A stretch of 29,644 bases of DNA from an uncultured Pseudomonadota bacterium (GCA_913020725.1 CAJWCD010000027.1:1-29644); one strand, 5' to 3'; shown: positions 1 through 9,371, counted from the first letter of the stretch. Numbers and translations: made by a program. The notes: generated from the sequence alone by a model not told the origin.

Positions 1-45
1 CGAAACGGAAAAATTCCGCGCCGACTCACGCGCTTATTTGCGATA

Positions 46-150
46 AGGTCTATTGACCTGACTTTAAAAGGGATTACGACACTGAATCTCTCCCGATCTC
101 CGGGCCAATTCCAACGTAGAAATTGACCTGACTTTAAAAGGGATTACGAC
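46..150 (+). CRISPR. Two CRISPR-like repeats with one ~35-bp spacer (mini-array or end of an array)
   Basis: ATTGACCTGACTTTAAAAGGGATTACGAC is identical at 52-80 and 122-150 (70-bp period). The full second copy is GTAGAAATTGACCTGACTTTAAAAGGGATTACGAC (116-150); the first copy differs in its first ~6 nt. Spacer 81-115. The 3' end resembles the ATTGAAAC-type handle of class 1 (type III-like) repeats. No cas genes in the window. Confidence 0.7.
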
Positions 151-159
151 ACGAACAGG

Positions 160-190
160 GTAGGGGGCGGGTTTGAAACCCGCCCCCTAC
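160..190. repeat. Perfect GTAG-type REP-like palindrome
   Basis: GTAGGGGGCGGGTTT-G-AAACCCGCCCCCTAC: 15-bp perfect arms, starting GTAG and ending CTAC. Confidence 0.75.
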
Positions 191-385
191 AGGCTCCAGG
201 AGATCGAGCCTGCCCTGTGGCAGTCCCCCTGCTCCCCAGACTCATTGATGAGGCGGTTGCTCTTGATGCGACAGCAGTAGAGCTTCTGAACGACTCAATG
301 TGAAGCATCAGCCACTTCGCGGCGTAGCAGCCAGCCCTCAGCACAGTCTTGAAGGCGAGTTGCTTGTGAGGCACCAAAAAAAGTT

Positions 386-414
386 TTGACATCTTGTTAG
401 CACTCAACTATGAT
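386..414 (+). promoter_or_regulatory. Sigma70 promoter of hsp20
   Basis: TTGACA (386-391) - 17 bp - TATGAT (409-414). Confidence 0.8.
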
Positions 415-423
415 GAGTGCTAA
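397..423. promoter_or_regulatory. CIRCE element (HrcA operator)
   Basis: Exact TTAGCACTC-N9-GAGTGCTAA upstream of a heat-shock gene; arms extend by CTTG/CAAG (393-427). Confidence 0.95.
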
Positions 424-457
424 CAAGTAACTCAAACCCTCATTGAAAGGAGGAATC

Positions 458-886
458 ATGTTGCATCCCATCATCACCCGCAATACTGCCCCGATCCCCT
501 TCGCCGCGTTGGTGGAGGATTTCTTCCACGACGTCCTCAGCGAGAGCCGTCCGCTGGCCCGGAGTTTCCGGCCTGCGCTCGACCTGCGTGAGGAGGACGG
601 CGCGTACCTCGCTGTGGTCGAGCTTCCGGGGCTGGGCAAGGAGGACGTCACCCTCAATCTGGAGGATGGTGTGCTCACGATCAAGGGCGAGAAGCAGAGC
701 GAGCTTGACGAGGAGCAGGACGGACTGCGTCACACTGAACGCAGCTTCGGCAGCTTTCAGCGCGCGGTGCGGCTTCCCAAGGAGGTGGACGCCGAGGGCA
801 TCAGCGCCGAGATGACCAACGGCGTGCTCACCGTGCGCATCCCCAAGGCCGCCAAGGCCAAGCGCAAGCTCATCACCATCAACTGA
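458..886 (+). CDS. Hsp20/alpha-crystallin small heat-shock protein
   Basis: ELPG...ERSFGSFQRAVRLP...A...NGVLTVRIPK and C-terminal ITI motif. AGGAGG RBS before ATG 458. Confidence 0.95.
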   Translation: MLHPIITRNTAPIPFAALVEDFFHDVLSESRPLARSFRPALDLREEDGAYLAVVELPGLGKEDVTLNLEDGVLTIKGEKQSELDEEQDGLRHTERSFGSFQRAVRLPKEVDAEGISAEMTNGVLTVRIPKAAKAKRKLITIN

Positions 887-932
887 TCCCTGTGGATCAC
901 GGGGGTACTGAGACGCCCCCGCCTCTGCTTTC

Positions 933-960
933 CGGACGGCGGCGCTTCCGTTGCCGTCCG
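933..960 (+). terminator. GC-rich hairpin after hsp20 (possible terminator)
   Basis: CGGACGGCGGCG-CTTC-CGTTGCCGTCCG, 12-bp stem with two G-U pairs; no U-tract. Confidence 0.4.
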
Positions 961-1067
961 CCCCTCATCTCTCCTGAGTTTCAGAATCTCAAGAGACGCT
1001 TGACATCACCTCCCATTTTTGGAGAAATGAGAAACCCGCGACAGCGTCACTTTTTTCGAGAAAGACC

Positions 1068-1922
1068 ATGACTGCACAGTTTGCCGACGCGATCCAAGTC
1101 ATTGACCACGCCGCTCCGGATGCAGCGCAGCGCTTTGCCGCCTCCCTGAAGGACACGGGGTTTGCCGTCCTCAACCCCCACCCGATTCCGCCTGCGTTGA
1201 TAACGGAGGTCTATCACGGCTGGTCTGGATTCTTCGCCTCCGAAACGAAGCACGAGTACACGCACGATCCTGAGATTCAGGAGGGCTACTTTCCTTTCCG
1301 CTGCGAGCAGGCGAAGGATTCAAGCATCATGGACCTCAAGGAGTTCTTCCATGTCTATCCGCACGGTCCGGTTCCGGAAGCAGTGGAGCAACCAACCCGA
1401 CAACTCTACAATGCGCTCTTGGAACTTGGGTTGTCGTTGCTCGGCTGGCTCGAACAGCACACTCCGGAGGACGTGCGCCAATGGTTTTCCAAGCAGCTTC
1501 CAGAAATGATGGCGGACAGTGCGCAGAGCCTCTTCCGCATCCTCCACTACCCTCCGCTCGACGGCCACGAGGAAGTCGGAGCGGTGCGGGCGGCGGCGCA
1601 CGAGGACATCAACCTCATCACCCTGCTCGTGGCGGGGACCGAATCCGGACTGCAAGTGAAGAACGCCAGTGGCGAGTGGCAGGACGTGCCCTGCGATCCC
1701 GGTTCGGTGGTGGTCAACTCCGGGGACATGCTCCAGGAATGCTCCGGACACCACTACCCCTCCACCACGCACCGCGTCGTCAACCCCGGCGGCAGTGTCG
1801 AGAACACCTCACGCTACTCGATGCCCTTTTTCGTGCATCCGCATCCGGAAACAGTGCTGTCAGAACACTACACCGCGCGCTCGTATCTCCAGCAACGGTT
1901 GCAAGAAATCCGGCTCAAGTGA
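1068..1922 (+). CDS. 2OG-Fe(II) oxygenase, isopenicillin N synthase-like family
   Basis: HxD (HEDINLITLL), distal His (THRV) and RxS (RYSMPFF) motifs. Confidence 0.92.
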   Translation: MTAQFADAIQVIDHAAPDAAQRFAASLKDTGFAVLNPHPIPPALITEVYHGWSGFFASETKHEYTHDPEIQEGYFPFRCEQAKDSSIMDLKEFFHVYPHGPVPEAVEQPTRQLYNALLELGLSLLGWLEQHTPEDVRQWFSKQLPEMMADSAQSLFRILHYPPLDGHEEVGAVRAAAHEDINLITLLVAGTESGLQVKNASGEWQDVPCDPGSVVVNSGDMLQECSGHHYPSTTHRVVNPGGSVENTSRYSMPFFVHPHPETVLSEHYTARSYLQQRLQEIRLK

Positions 1923-2482
1923 TGGAATTGGCCTTGGAAAACCTGAAATGGCAGTGCGTCGCCCACGCAGTCCTTGCGGATGAAGTTTTAGGAGAAGTGG
2001 CGCGTTTGCTTCACGAAACTTGGCCCGATCCGGAATGGCCGCAGGAGCGTATCCTGAAAACGATTCAGACCATGAACGATCAGCAGAAGTACCGCATTCT
2101 CGCGTGGCAGGACCAGCGACTCGTCGGGCACGCCACCTTTCTGCCCGGCGTCATTGCTACAAATCGTGGGACTCTCTCGATCATGCAGTTTGCGGGCGTG
2201 TGCGTCTGTGCCAAACTCCGGGGTCGGCAGATCGGTCGCAAAGTCGTGGAGTGGGCCTTTGAAAAGGTAGGACAACCCGGATTCGACGTCGCGCTTTTCC
2301 AAACGGACGTTCCGGGGTTTTACGAAAAGCTCGGTGTGCGCTGCGTGAGCAATCGCTTCGTCAACTCCACCAACTCGGCAGCCCCCGAAGCCAACCCGTG
2401 GTGGAACGAACACGTCATGATTTATCCCAACAGCTTTGATTGGCCGGACGGCACCATTGACCTGCTGGGGCCGGGCTACTGA
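1922..2482 (+). CDS. GNAT-family N-acetyltransferase
   Basis: ATG overlaps the upstream stop (TGATG). GVCV...LRGRQIGRK acetyl-CoA motif and FYEKLG. The track's longer 1481 start overlaps the oxygenase and is rejected. Confidence 0.85.
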   Translation: MELALENLKWQCVAHAVLADEVLGEVARLLHETWPDPEWPQERILKTIQTMNDQQKYRILAWQDQRLVGHATFLPGVIATNRGTLSIMQFAGVCVCAKLRGRQIGRKVVEWAFEKVGQPGFDVALFQTDVPGFYEKLGVRCVSNRFVNSTNSAAPEANPWWNEHVMIYPNSFDWPDGTIDLLGPGY

Positions 2483-2489
2483 GGCAGCA

Positions 2490-2990
2490 ATGACTTTTGG
2501 AAACTGGCAACGCTGGCTGCTGAACGGAGTGCTGATCCTCGGCACCTTTCTGGCCGTGACAGCATGGCAAGGTCGGAATTTGGTTGCGGAGCAGACGCCT
2601 GCGCCTGCATTTCTGCTTCCGGCCTTTTCCGGACCACCGGTCGCGCTGGAAGACTTGCGCGGACGGCGGGTGCTGCTCTACTTTTTCGCGCCGTGGTGCC
2701 AAGTCTGCGACCTCAGCATCGGCAACCTCAACTGGGTCCGGAAACTCCGGGACGAGGACTCGGTCGCCCTCTTCGCAGTCGCGCTCTCCTACTCAGATTT
2801 GCACAGCATCGAAGCTTTTCTGGAACGCAACGCCCTCGATGTGCCGGTGCTGCTCGGCACTCCGGAATTGTTCAACGCCTACCGCATCCGCGCCTTCCCC
2901 ACGGTCTATGCCCTCGACGAATCCGGAAACATCGACGGAGCCACTGTCGGCTACGCCACCACCCTCGGTCTTTGGTGGCGGACGTTGTAA
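2490..2990 (+). CDS. TlpA/ResA-like membrane-anchored thioredoxin-fold redoxin
   Basis: N-terminal hydrophobic anchor, LYFFAPWCQVC (CxxC), cis-Pro motif AFPT. Confidence 0.88.
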   Translation: MTFGNWQRWLLNGVLILGTFLAVTAWQGRNLVAEQTPAPAFLLPAFSGPPVALEDLRGRRVLLYFFAPWCQVCDLSIGNLNWVRKLRDEDSVALFAVALSYSDLHSIEAFLERNALDVPVLLGTPELFNAYRIRAFPTVYALDESGNIDGATVGYATTLGLWWRTL

Positions 2991-2991
2991 T

Positions 2992-4764
2992 TCACCAACA
3001 AAGCGCAAACGCCGGGAAGACCTCTCCCTTGGTGCCACGGGGATCGCACCCGGCTTCGAGAACACCGGATTCGGGATCACGGGCAGCGGCGAGCAGGTAG
3101 CCTTCGGACCAATCAGCACCGACGGCGATTTCGTGTCCACGCCGTTCCAGTTCCTCACGAACTGCGACAGGAATACGCGGTTCGACACGCAGCAGATTTG
3201 GAAAGCGATCATGTGGGGTGAAGAAACCCGGAAAGTGCTCGCTGCTGAACTTCGGGGCTTCGATGGCCTGCTGCACCGTCATGCCGAAGACGACGCGGTT
3301 GAGGAAGAACTGGAGTTGCCACTGGTCCTGCTGGTCGCCCCCCATGCTGCCCCAGACCATCCACGGTTTGCCGTTGCGAAAGGCCAGCGAAGGGCTGATG
3401 GTCGTGCGCGGTCGTTTTCCAGGAGCGATCAGATTCGGGTGCTGCGCCGGTTCGAGGTAGAAGGTCATCAGCCGATTGCCCAACGGGAAACCCAGTGCAG
3501 GAACCACTTCCGATGACTTGAGCCAGCCCCCACTGGGAGTGAAGGCCACCATGTTGCCCTCACCGTCGATCACATCCACATGCACGGTTCCCGGACCCCA
3601 TGACGCGCCGCCCAGCCGTTCCTCCACCGGAAGCAAGGCTTTTTGGTTGCGCGGGTCGCCCGGACGCAACTCTGGGTTGGCGCGTTCCGGATCGATCAAT
3701 TTGGCCCGCAGTCGCGCATAGTCCTTGGAGAGCAATTCTGCCAATGGCACATCAACTTGCCGGGGATCACCATAAAACTGCTCGCGGTCGGCAAACGCCA
3801 GCTTGACCGCCTCGGTCGCCCAATGCAGGTACTCGGTGCTGTTGTGTCCCATGCCCCGCAGGTCGTAGTTTTCCAGAATCGCCAAGGCTTGCAGCAGCAC
3901 TGGACCCTGATTCCACGGCCCGCATTTGAAGACCGTGGTGTCGGCAAAATCGAGCGCAGCGGGTTCCTCCAGATGCGTCTCAAAACGCTCGCAATCGGAA
4001 CGTGCGAGCAGGCCGTCTCGTTCTTGAGAAAAGCGTTCAATTTCTGAGGCGGGATCGCCCTTGTAAAACGCCTCCAGCACCGCCTGCAAACCCGCCTCGC
4101 GGTTTCCGGACTGGCGACTTTCCGCTGCTTTCAGGTGATCAAACAGGTCTGCCAGTGCGGAGTTGCGAATCACCTCACCGACTTGGGGAACGGTGCCATT
4201 GGGCAGGTAAACCGTAGCACTTGCGGGCCACTCCATTTTGAACTGATCGGCAAGGTCACGGAGGCCATAACGCTCCTGCCCAAACAAGCCCTCGTGGACT
4301 GGAAAGCCGTTGCGGACACAATCGAGCGCGGGAGCCACGACCTCCGCAAAAGCAAGCGTTCCAAACTCGCGCAGGGCCGTCAGCAAAGCCCCCAGTGTCG
4401 CCGGAACCCCTGCGGCCAGAATACCCGTTTCCGGGACTTCTGACAGACCCCGCTGGCGATAAGCTTCCGGAGTGGCACGTTCCGGAGCGGCAGTATTGCC
4501 ATTGATCGAAACCACTCGCCCCGTTTCCGCCATGCAAATCAGCATTGGGCATTCACCACCGAGGGTGTGCATCTGCGGGTTGACCACGCCTTCCACGAGG
4601 ACCGCGCCGACCGCCGCATCCACTGCGTTGCCTCCGGCCTTGAGCAAATCGGCTCCAGCTTGTGTTGCCAGATAGTGTTCGCTAGTAACCGCTCCGTGGG
4701 TACCCAGCAGTCGGGGATAGTGGGTGTTGGACTCGGTCGTTTGCTGACGAAAGGCGCGACTCAT
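2992..4764 (-). CDS. Gamma-glutamyltransferase family protein
   Basis: GGNAVDAA, AFADR, autocatalytic Thr (GTVHVDVID), PGKRPRTTISP, GSMGGDQQ. Confidence 0.93.
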   Translation of the reverse strand: MSRAFRQQTTESNTHYPRLLGTHGAVTSEHYLATQAGADLLKAGGNAVDAAVGAVLVEGVVNPQMHTLGGECPMLICMAETGRVVSINGNTAAPERATPEAYRQRGLSEVPETGILAAGVPATLGALLTALREFGTLAFAEVVAPALDCVRNGFPVHEGLFGQERYGLRDLADQFKMEWPASATVYLPNGTVPQVGEVIRNSALADLFDHLKAAESRQSGNREAGLQAVLEAFYKGDPASEIERFSQERDGLLARSDCERFETHLEEPAALDFADTTVFKCGPWNQGPVLLQALAILENYDLRGMGHNSTEYLHWATEAVKLAFADREQFYGDPRQVDVPLAELLSKDYARLRAKLIDPERANPELRPGDPRNQKALLPVEERLGGASWGPGTVHVDVIDGEGNMVAFTPSGGWLKSSEVVPALGFPLGNRLMTFYLEPAQHPNLIAPGKRPRTTISPSLAFRNGKPWMVWGSMGGDQQDQWQLQFFLNRVVFGMTVQQAIEAPKFSSEHFPGFFTPHDRFPNLLRVEPRIPVAVREELERRGHEIAVGADWSEGYLLAAARDPESGVLEAGCDPRGTKGEVFPAFALCW

Positions 4765-4885
4765 GTGGTCTTTCGGTGAAAGGATAAAAATTAAAAACTA
4801 CCTTCTCTTGAAAAACTCGCAAGCGCAGTCGCTGTACGCAAAGGTCTGACTTTGGCTTCTGGCTTCCGCTTCTGACTCCTGAGGT

Positions 4886-6697
4886 TCAAGCCGCGCACGC
4901 CTGCTCCAGCCAGCGTTGGTGAGATTTGTCGGGCAGGAGAGGTCCGATTTCCTCTAGAACACGCACCTGATACGCATCCAGCCACTCCCACTCGTCTGGA
5001 TTGAGCAAGCGGCGGTCGATGAGTACGGGATCGTAGGGCACGAGCGTGAGAGTTTCGAGTTGCAACCACGGCTTGCCCCCCGGATGCGGCGGATGAGCTT
5101 CGGCTTTGACGACCACACACAGGTTTTCGATGCGGATGCCGCCCCAGCCGCTTTCGTAAAAACCCGGTTCGTTGGAGACGATCATGCCCTCCTGAAGCGG
5201 AACATCGTGAGAGGTGGGCGAGATGCGCTGCGGCCCTTCGTGAACGCCAAGAAACGCCCCCACGCCGTGTCCGGTGCCGTGTCCAAAATCCAAGCCGTCG
5301 TTCCAGAGGCAGGAGCGGGTGATCGCGTCCAGTGCCGCTCCGGTGGTGCCCTCCGGAAACACTTGCCGCGCCAGCCGGATGTGTGCTTGCAGCACCCGTG
5401 TGTAACGCCGCCGTTGCAAGTCGCTGGCGCTGCTGACTGCAAGGGTGCGGGTCGCGTCGGTGGTGGCTCCGGCACACTGGATGCCGGAATCGACGAGCAG
5501 CATCTCGCCGGGTTCCAGACATTTTTCCGGACTGGGATTACCGTAATGCACGATCGCGCCGTTGGCCCCGGAGCCTGCGATGGTGGTGAAGCTGAGATCG
5601 GAAAAGCCTGCTTCGCGGCTGTATTCCTCCCGCAGCCAGTCCGAGTATTTTCGTTCACTGACCGCCGTTCCGGAATCCAAGGCGTTGCGCAGTTTTACAA
5701 AGCTCCGGACCAGTGCCGAGCCTGCGCGGCGGTGTGCGGTGCGGCTGCATTCTAGTTCAACGGAATTCTTGAGCGCCTTGGCCAGCACCACCGGATTTTG
5801 GGCTTCATGAACCTGTTCGTCTGCAAACGCCTGCCGTGTGCCCATCGTCGTTCCGGCAGGATCGAGCCAGACCCGGAGATCTTCGTGCTCGGCGAGTTCC
5901 TTGAGGAAACCGAGGTAATCGGAGTAAGGGCGGAATTTCCACTCCGGACGTGCGTCTTGCAGGCCGCTTTCCGGACGATGGCAGAAGCAAAAAGCCTCGC
6001 TGTCTGTGATCACCGCATACGCCTCGAACACCGGATTGTGGGCGACGTCGCTGCCCCGGAGGTTCGCCAGCCACGCGATTTCGTCGAGCAGGGTGAGAAC
6101 GAGTGCAGTGGTTTTTGCCTCCTGCATTGCAGTGCGCAGTTCCTCCAGTTTTTGGGCGGTGCTTTTGCCCGTGAATTCCACGCCAAGCGGGTAGATGGGG
6201 TTGCAAAGCGGCGCGGGACGATCTGTGCAAATCGTATCGGCGGGGTTCGGATGCACGGCGGTCAGGGTGTGTGCGGTGCCGATCAGAGCCTTTGCAAACC
6301 GTCGCCATGTGCGTGGTGCCGTGACAAACGGATCGGCGCCCATCCGCAGGTTTCCGGGTTGCTCCGCGAGCCACTCGTGTGGGTCCAGCACTCCGGAATT
6401 GCCCTGCTTTTGAATGTCGAAGAGTGCGCCACAAGACTGCTCAGCCTGCAAGTGGTAGCGTGAATCCACAAAAAGCTGCGGGCGACTTTCCCGCAAAATC
6501 ACGGCAGTGCCGAGTGAGCCGCTGAAGCCCGTCAGCGCCGCCAGTCGCTGCTTGTGGTCCGGGACGTATTCGTTGAGATGCTCATCGGAGGTGGAGACGA
6601 TCCACGCCTCCAGCTGCTCGGCTGCCAGCCACTGCCGGAGTTGCTCCAAACGGGTTGCAATTGAGGTGGGCATGAGTGGAAATTTTATTGGGTTCAA
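4886..6697 (-). CDS. Xaa-Pro aminopeptidase (peptidase M24B, aminopeptidase P)
   Basis: DEHLNEY, TGFSGS, LVDSG...TTDATRT, HGTGHGVG, VHEGP, SNEPGFY, GIRIEN. The start may be a downstream ATG. Confidence 0.95.
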   Translation of the reverse strand: MNPIKFPLMPTSIATRLEQLRQWLAAEQLEAWIVSTSDEHLNEYVPDHKQRLAALTGFSGSLGTAVILRESRPQLFVDSRYHLQAEQSCGALFDIQKQGNSGVLDPHEWLAEQPGNLRMGADPFVTAPRTWRRFAKALIGTAHTLTAVHPNPADTICTDRPAPLCNPIYPLGVEFTGKSTAQKLEELRTAMQEAKTTALVLTLLDEIAWLANLRGSDVAHNPVFEAYAVITDSEAFCFCHRPESGLQDARPEWKFRPYSDYLGFLKELAEHEDLRVWLDPAGTTMGTRQAFADEQVHEAQNPVVLAKALKNSVELECSRTAHRRAGSALVRSFVKLRNALDSGTAVSERKYSDWLREEYSREAGFSDLSFTTIAGSGANGAIVHYGNPSPEKCLEPGEMLLVDSGIQCAGATTDATRTLAVSSASDLQRRRYTRVLQAHIRLARQVFPEGTTGAALDAITRSCLWNDGLDFGHGTGHGVGAFLGVHEGPQRISPTSHDVPLQEGMIVSNEPGFYESGWGGIRIENLCVVVKAEAHPPHPGGKPWLQLETLTLVPYDPVLIDRRLLNPDEWEWLDAYQVRVLEEIGPLLPDKSHQRWLEQACAA

Positions 6698-6851
6698 GGA
6701 TGTAATGCAGGCAGGTTTTCACACCTGTGGTCACGCTCGCAAGCCAAACCGTACTCTCTGGAATAGAAAATGGGTCGCATGTTTGCAAGGCGTTTGCTAG
6801 GATTCACGGATTGACCACGGTTTTCAACAGACCCACACCAAAGACGATTTC

Positions 6852-9371
6852 ATGGCCACTGCCCCGTCTGCTTCTGCCGCCAAGGAGAGTGGCACTCCTG
6901 CTCTTTCCCAAGAACTGCTGAAGCTGATTGACTCCCGCCGCACCCTAGCTTGGCGGCAAGGGAAGTCCGGGCTTGAAATCCAGTTTGTCTATCTGCTCGC
7001 TGAAATCCAGTTTCCCAAGGAGAAAAGCGAGGTCTGGACGCTGAGCCACAACACGATGGACGTGGAGAACTTGGAGCGCGCTATGCGCCGGGAACTGGAA
7101 CCGATTGAGGAGTTCTTTGCCGAAGCCTCGCTGATCTGGAACCGCCTTGGCATCCGACCTGTGCTGCTCCGCGCCGAGGAAATGCAAGCGAAGCCCTACC
7201 GCTTTGCCGACCTCATCTTTCTCAGCATGACGGTGCCGCACTGGGTGACGCCGCTGGACCGCAATGGCTTTATCTTAAAGGCCACGAAAATCCTCAAACA
7301 GTACCGAGCCGACAACCCCGAGAGCATCATCGTCGCCATCACCAAGCATCCGCATTTCCAACTCAAGAAGGATCCGCGCTTTCAGCAGTGGACGGACATC
7401 ACCCGCGAGACCACGGGGATCGGCAAAAAAGGGCGGATACTGGAGTTGGTCACTCAGCAGTTCACCGCACCGCAAACCATCCGAGCCTACCTCAACGGCA
7501 CACACACAACCCAGAAATTAGAGGACTTGCTCCGCGCCCACGATGTGCAGCGCGATGCCAACGCCCTCCAGCAGCATCAGGTGAACTACCGCCTGCTGGT
7601 GATTGTGCATCCCGGACTGTACGATACGGATGCCAAACGCATTGAGCATCGGCTGGAAAACTGGGGACTGAAGCAGGTCGCGGTGATCCAACAGACGGAA
7701 CTGCGTCCGGAACTGCTGCGCGAGTACGAGTTCTTCCTGCTGGTGAACTGCGGATTCCCCGAAAGTTTCCGAGACGTCCGGGAGGTGCAGCGCATCACGC
7801 GGCGCATCTTCAAGGTGGATAACGAACTGCCCGCCCGGCTCCCCAAAGCGCCGTCCCGTCCGTTTGGAATCCGGAACGAACTGGAGCAGCGTTTCCTCGG
7901 TTTGCAGGAGGAACTCAAGGAGCGACTGGCAAGCCCCGGTTTTCAAGCGCTGAGCGAGAATTACAGCGCGTACTGGAAGTTCGTTCAGGAACGTAGCGCG
8001 AACGAGATGCAGGTGCAGGCACTCGACCTCCGGCTCACGGGTTTTGACGAGGCGTATTTCTCCCTGCTGCAAATCGTACTGCTGGAAGCGACCAAGCAGG
8101 TTCACAGCGGCACGCAGTTTGGGGGCATCATGCGCGGGCTGACGCGCTACCTCATCGTGGACGACTTTCGCAGCCACCTCGTGGATTTTCTGGTCCAGCA
8201 CCGCTTTCCTCGCGTCAAAATCCACACGATGGACTCCATCGAACTGTTCCAGCACTTCAACGAATTCAAGCAGCAGCATCCGGAATTGAACGGGCCTCGG
8301 GCGTATCAGCGGTTTATGCGCGACGATCCGGAGTTCCAGCAGTATGAAGTCGTGGTCATCAACGCATGGAACGTGGAGACCAACGGCACCCTCAACGTCA
8401 AGCTCCGGCTCGCGCCCGTATCAGAAGGGGAGGAGGAGACGATTTTGGAGCCGGAAGACATCATCCTGACCTCCCGGAATCTCCATGACGTGATTTCCAC
8501 CAATCCGAATGAGTTGATCCAGAGCATTCTTGGAGACGCCTCCGGCAGTGAGCGCGGAGAGGAACGCCGGGAGTTGGACCTCGTCACTCGGCAGATCATC
8601 TCCCACGATGACCTCACCACCGTTTCCCGTATGATGGGGGTCAAAAAAGGCAAGCACTACCGACTCTTCCAAATCGAAGAGGAGATGGCCAAACTCCAGC
8701 AGGAACTTCAGGAGCAGCATAACGCCTCGGTGGAGACGGAAGCGAACAAAGAACAGGGAGGCTCGTGGATGTCCCCGCTGGTGGAGCAACGCACGGCACT
8801 TGTGGAAACCACGGCGCTTGGCTGTGCCATCCGCTGGCAGGAGTTGCAGAACAACACCAAGGCGTTCAACTTCCTCAAGATCGAGGCCGAGCGTACTGGG
8901 GAGCGAGCAGAACAGGTTTTGCGCAACATGCAGGTCTGTGTGGTGTCCAACAATCCCAAGCTGCCCACCAAGCATCTGCTGACCTCCTTCTCGGAGGATG
9001 CCGGGCTGCAACAACTCACGGAACTGCCGTTGCCGCAGGACATTCCGGACTTGGGCTTCACCCTGTACGTTCTCGACTTGGATCCTGAGCATCTTCCGCT
9101 GAACAAGGTTTTGGCCTTTCTGCGTGGGCGCAACCGCACCAAAATGTCCCATATCCCGGTCGTGCTGCTTGCGTCTCCAGAAATTCACAAGCAGATCACG
9201 CCCCAGATCCAGGCACAACTTGGGCATCTCATCGGCATCCAGACACCCCCGGAAGGGGACGGCACTCCCATGCAGTACCTACTCGAATCACTCGATGATC
9301 CGGAATTGGTGAAATATTTCATTCAAGGACTGCTGCGGCTCGATCCCGAAACCGGGGCCCCGCCCGCCTGA
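6852..9371 (+). CDS. Large hypothetical protein (839 aa) with degenerate receiver-like segments and coiled coils
   Basis: Long ORF with normal codon style. No family recognised; receiver-like strings DLIFLSMTVP, YLIVDD and YVLDLDP...IPVVLLAS. Confidence 0.85.
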   Translation: MATAPSASAAKESGTPALSQELLKLIDSRRTLAWRQGKSGLEIQFVYLLAEIQFPKEKSEVWTLSHNTMDVENLERAMRRELEPIEEFFAEASLIWNRLGIRPVLLRAEEMQAKPYRFADLIFLSMTVPHWVTPLDRNGFILKATKILKQYRADNPESIIVAITKHPHFQLKKDPRFQQWTDITRETTGIGKKGRILELVTQQFTAPQTIRAYLNGTHTTQKLEDLLRAHDVQRDANALQQHQVNYRLLVIVHPGLYDTDAKRIEHRLENWGLKQVAVIQQTELRPELLREYEFFLLVNCGFPESFRDVREVQRITRRIFKVDNELPARLPKAPSRPFGIRNELEQRFLGLQEELKERLASPGFQALSENYSAYWKFVQERSANEMQVQALDLRLTGFDEAYFSLLQIVLLEATKQVHSGTQFGGIMRGLTRYLIVDDFRSHLVDFLVQHRFPRVKIHTMDSIELFQHFNEFKQQHPELNGPRAYQRFMRDDPEFQQYEVVVINAWNVETNGTLNVKLRLAPVSEGEEETILEPEDIILTSRNLHDVISTNPNELIQSILGDASGSERGEERRELDLVTRQIISHDDLTTVSRMMGVKKGKHYRLFQIEEEMAKLQQELQEQHNASVETEANKEQGGSWMSPLVEQRTALVETTALGCAIRWQELQNNTKAFNFLKIEAERTGERAEQVLRNMQVCVVSNNPKLPTKHLLTSFSEDAGLQQLTELPLPQDIPDLGFTLYVLDLDPEHLPLNKVLAFLRGRNRTKMSHIPVVLLASPEIHKQITPQIQAQLGHLIGIQTPPEGDGTPMQYLLESLDDPELVKYFIQGLLRLDPETGAPPA

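Noticed and set aside
107..124. Minus-strand AATTTCTACGTTGGAATT resembling a Cas12a repeat
   Set aside because: It lacks the TCTAC-loop-GTAGA stem and occurs once; it is just the spacer/repeat junction.
144..407. 87-aa minus-strand ORF
   Set aside because: It runs through the CIRCE, promoter and palindrome, with no RBS or recognisable motif.
1000..1028. TTGACA upstream of the oxygenase
   Set aside because: No convincing -10 box at 16-18 bp.
1481..1921. N-terminal extension of the GNAT ORF
   Set aside because: Out-of-frame shadow of the oxygenase gene; the real start is the coupled ATG at 1922.
6772..6787. GGGTCGCATGTTTGCA as a sigma54 site for the 839-aa gene (similar weak site upstream of 12276)
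   Set aside because: GG-N10-GC spacing is right but the -24 element is poor; too weak to call.
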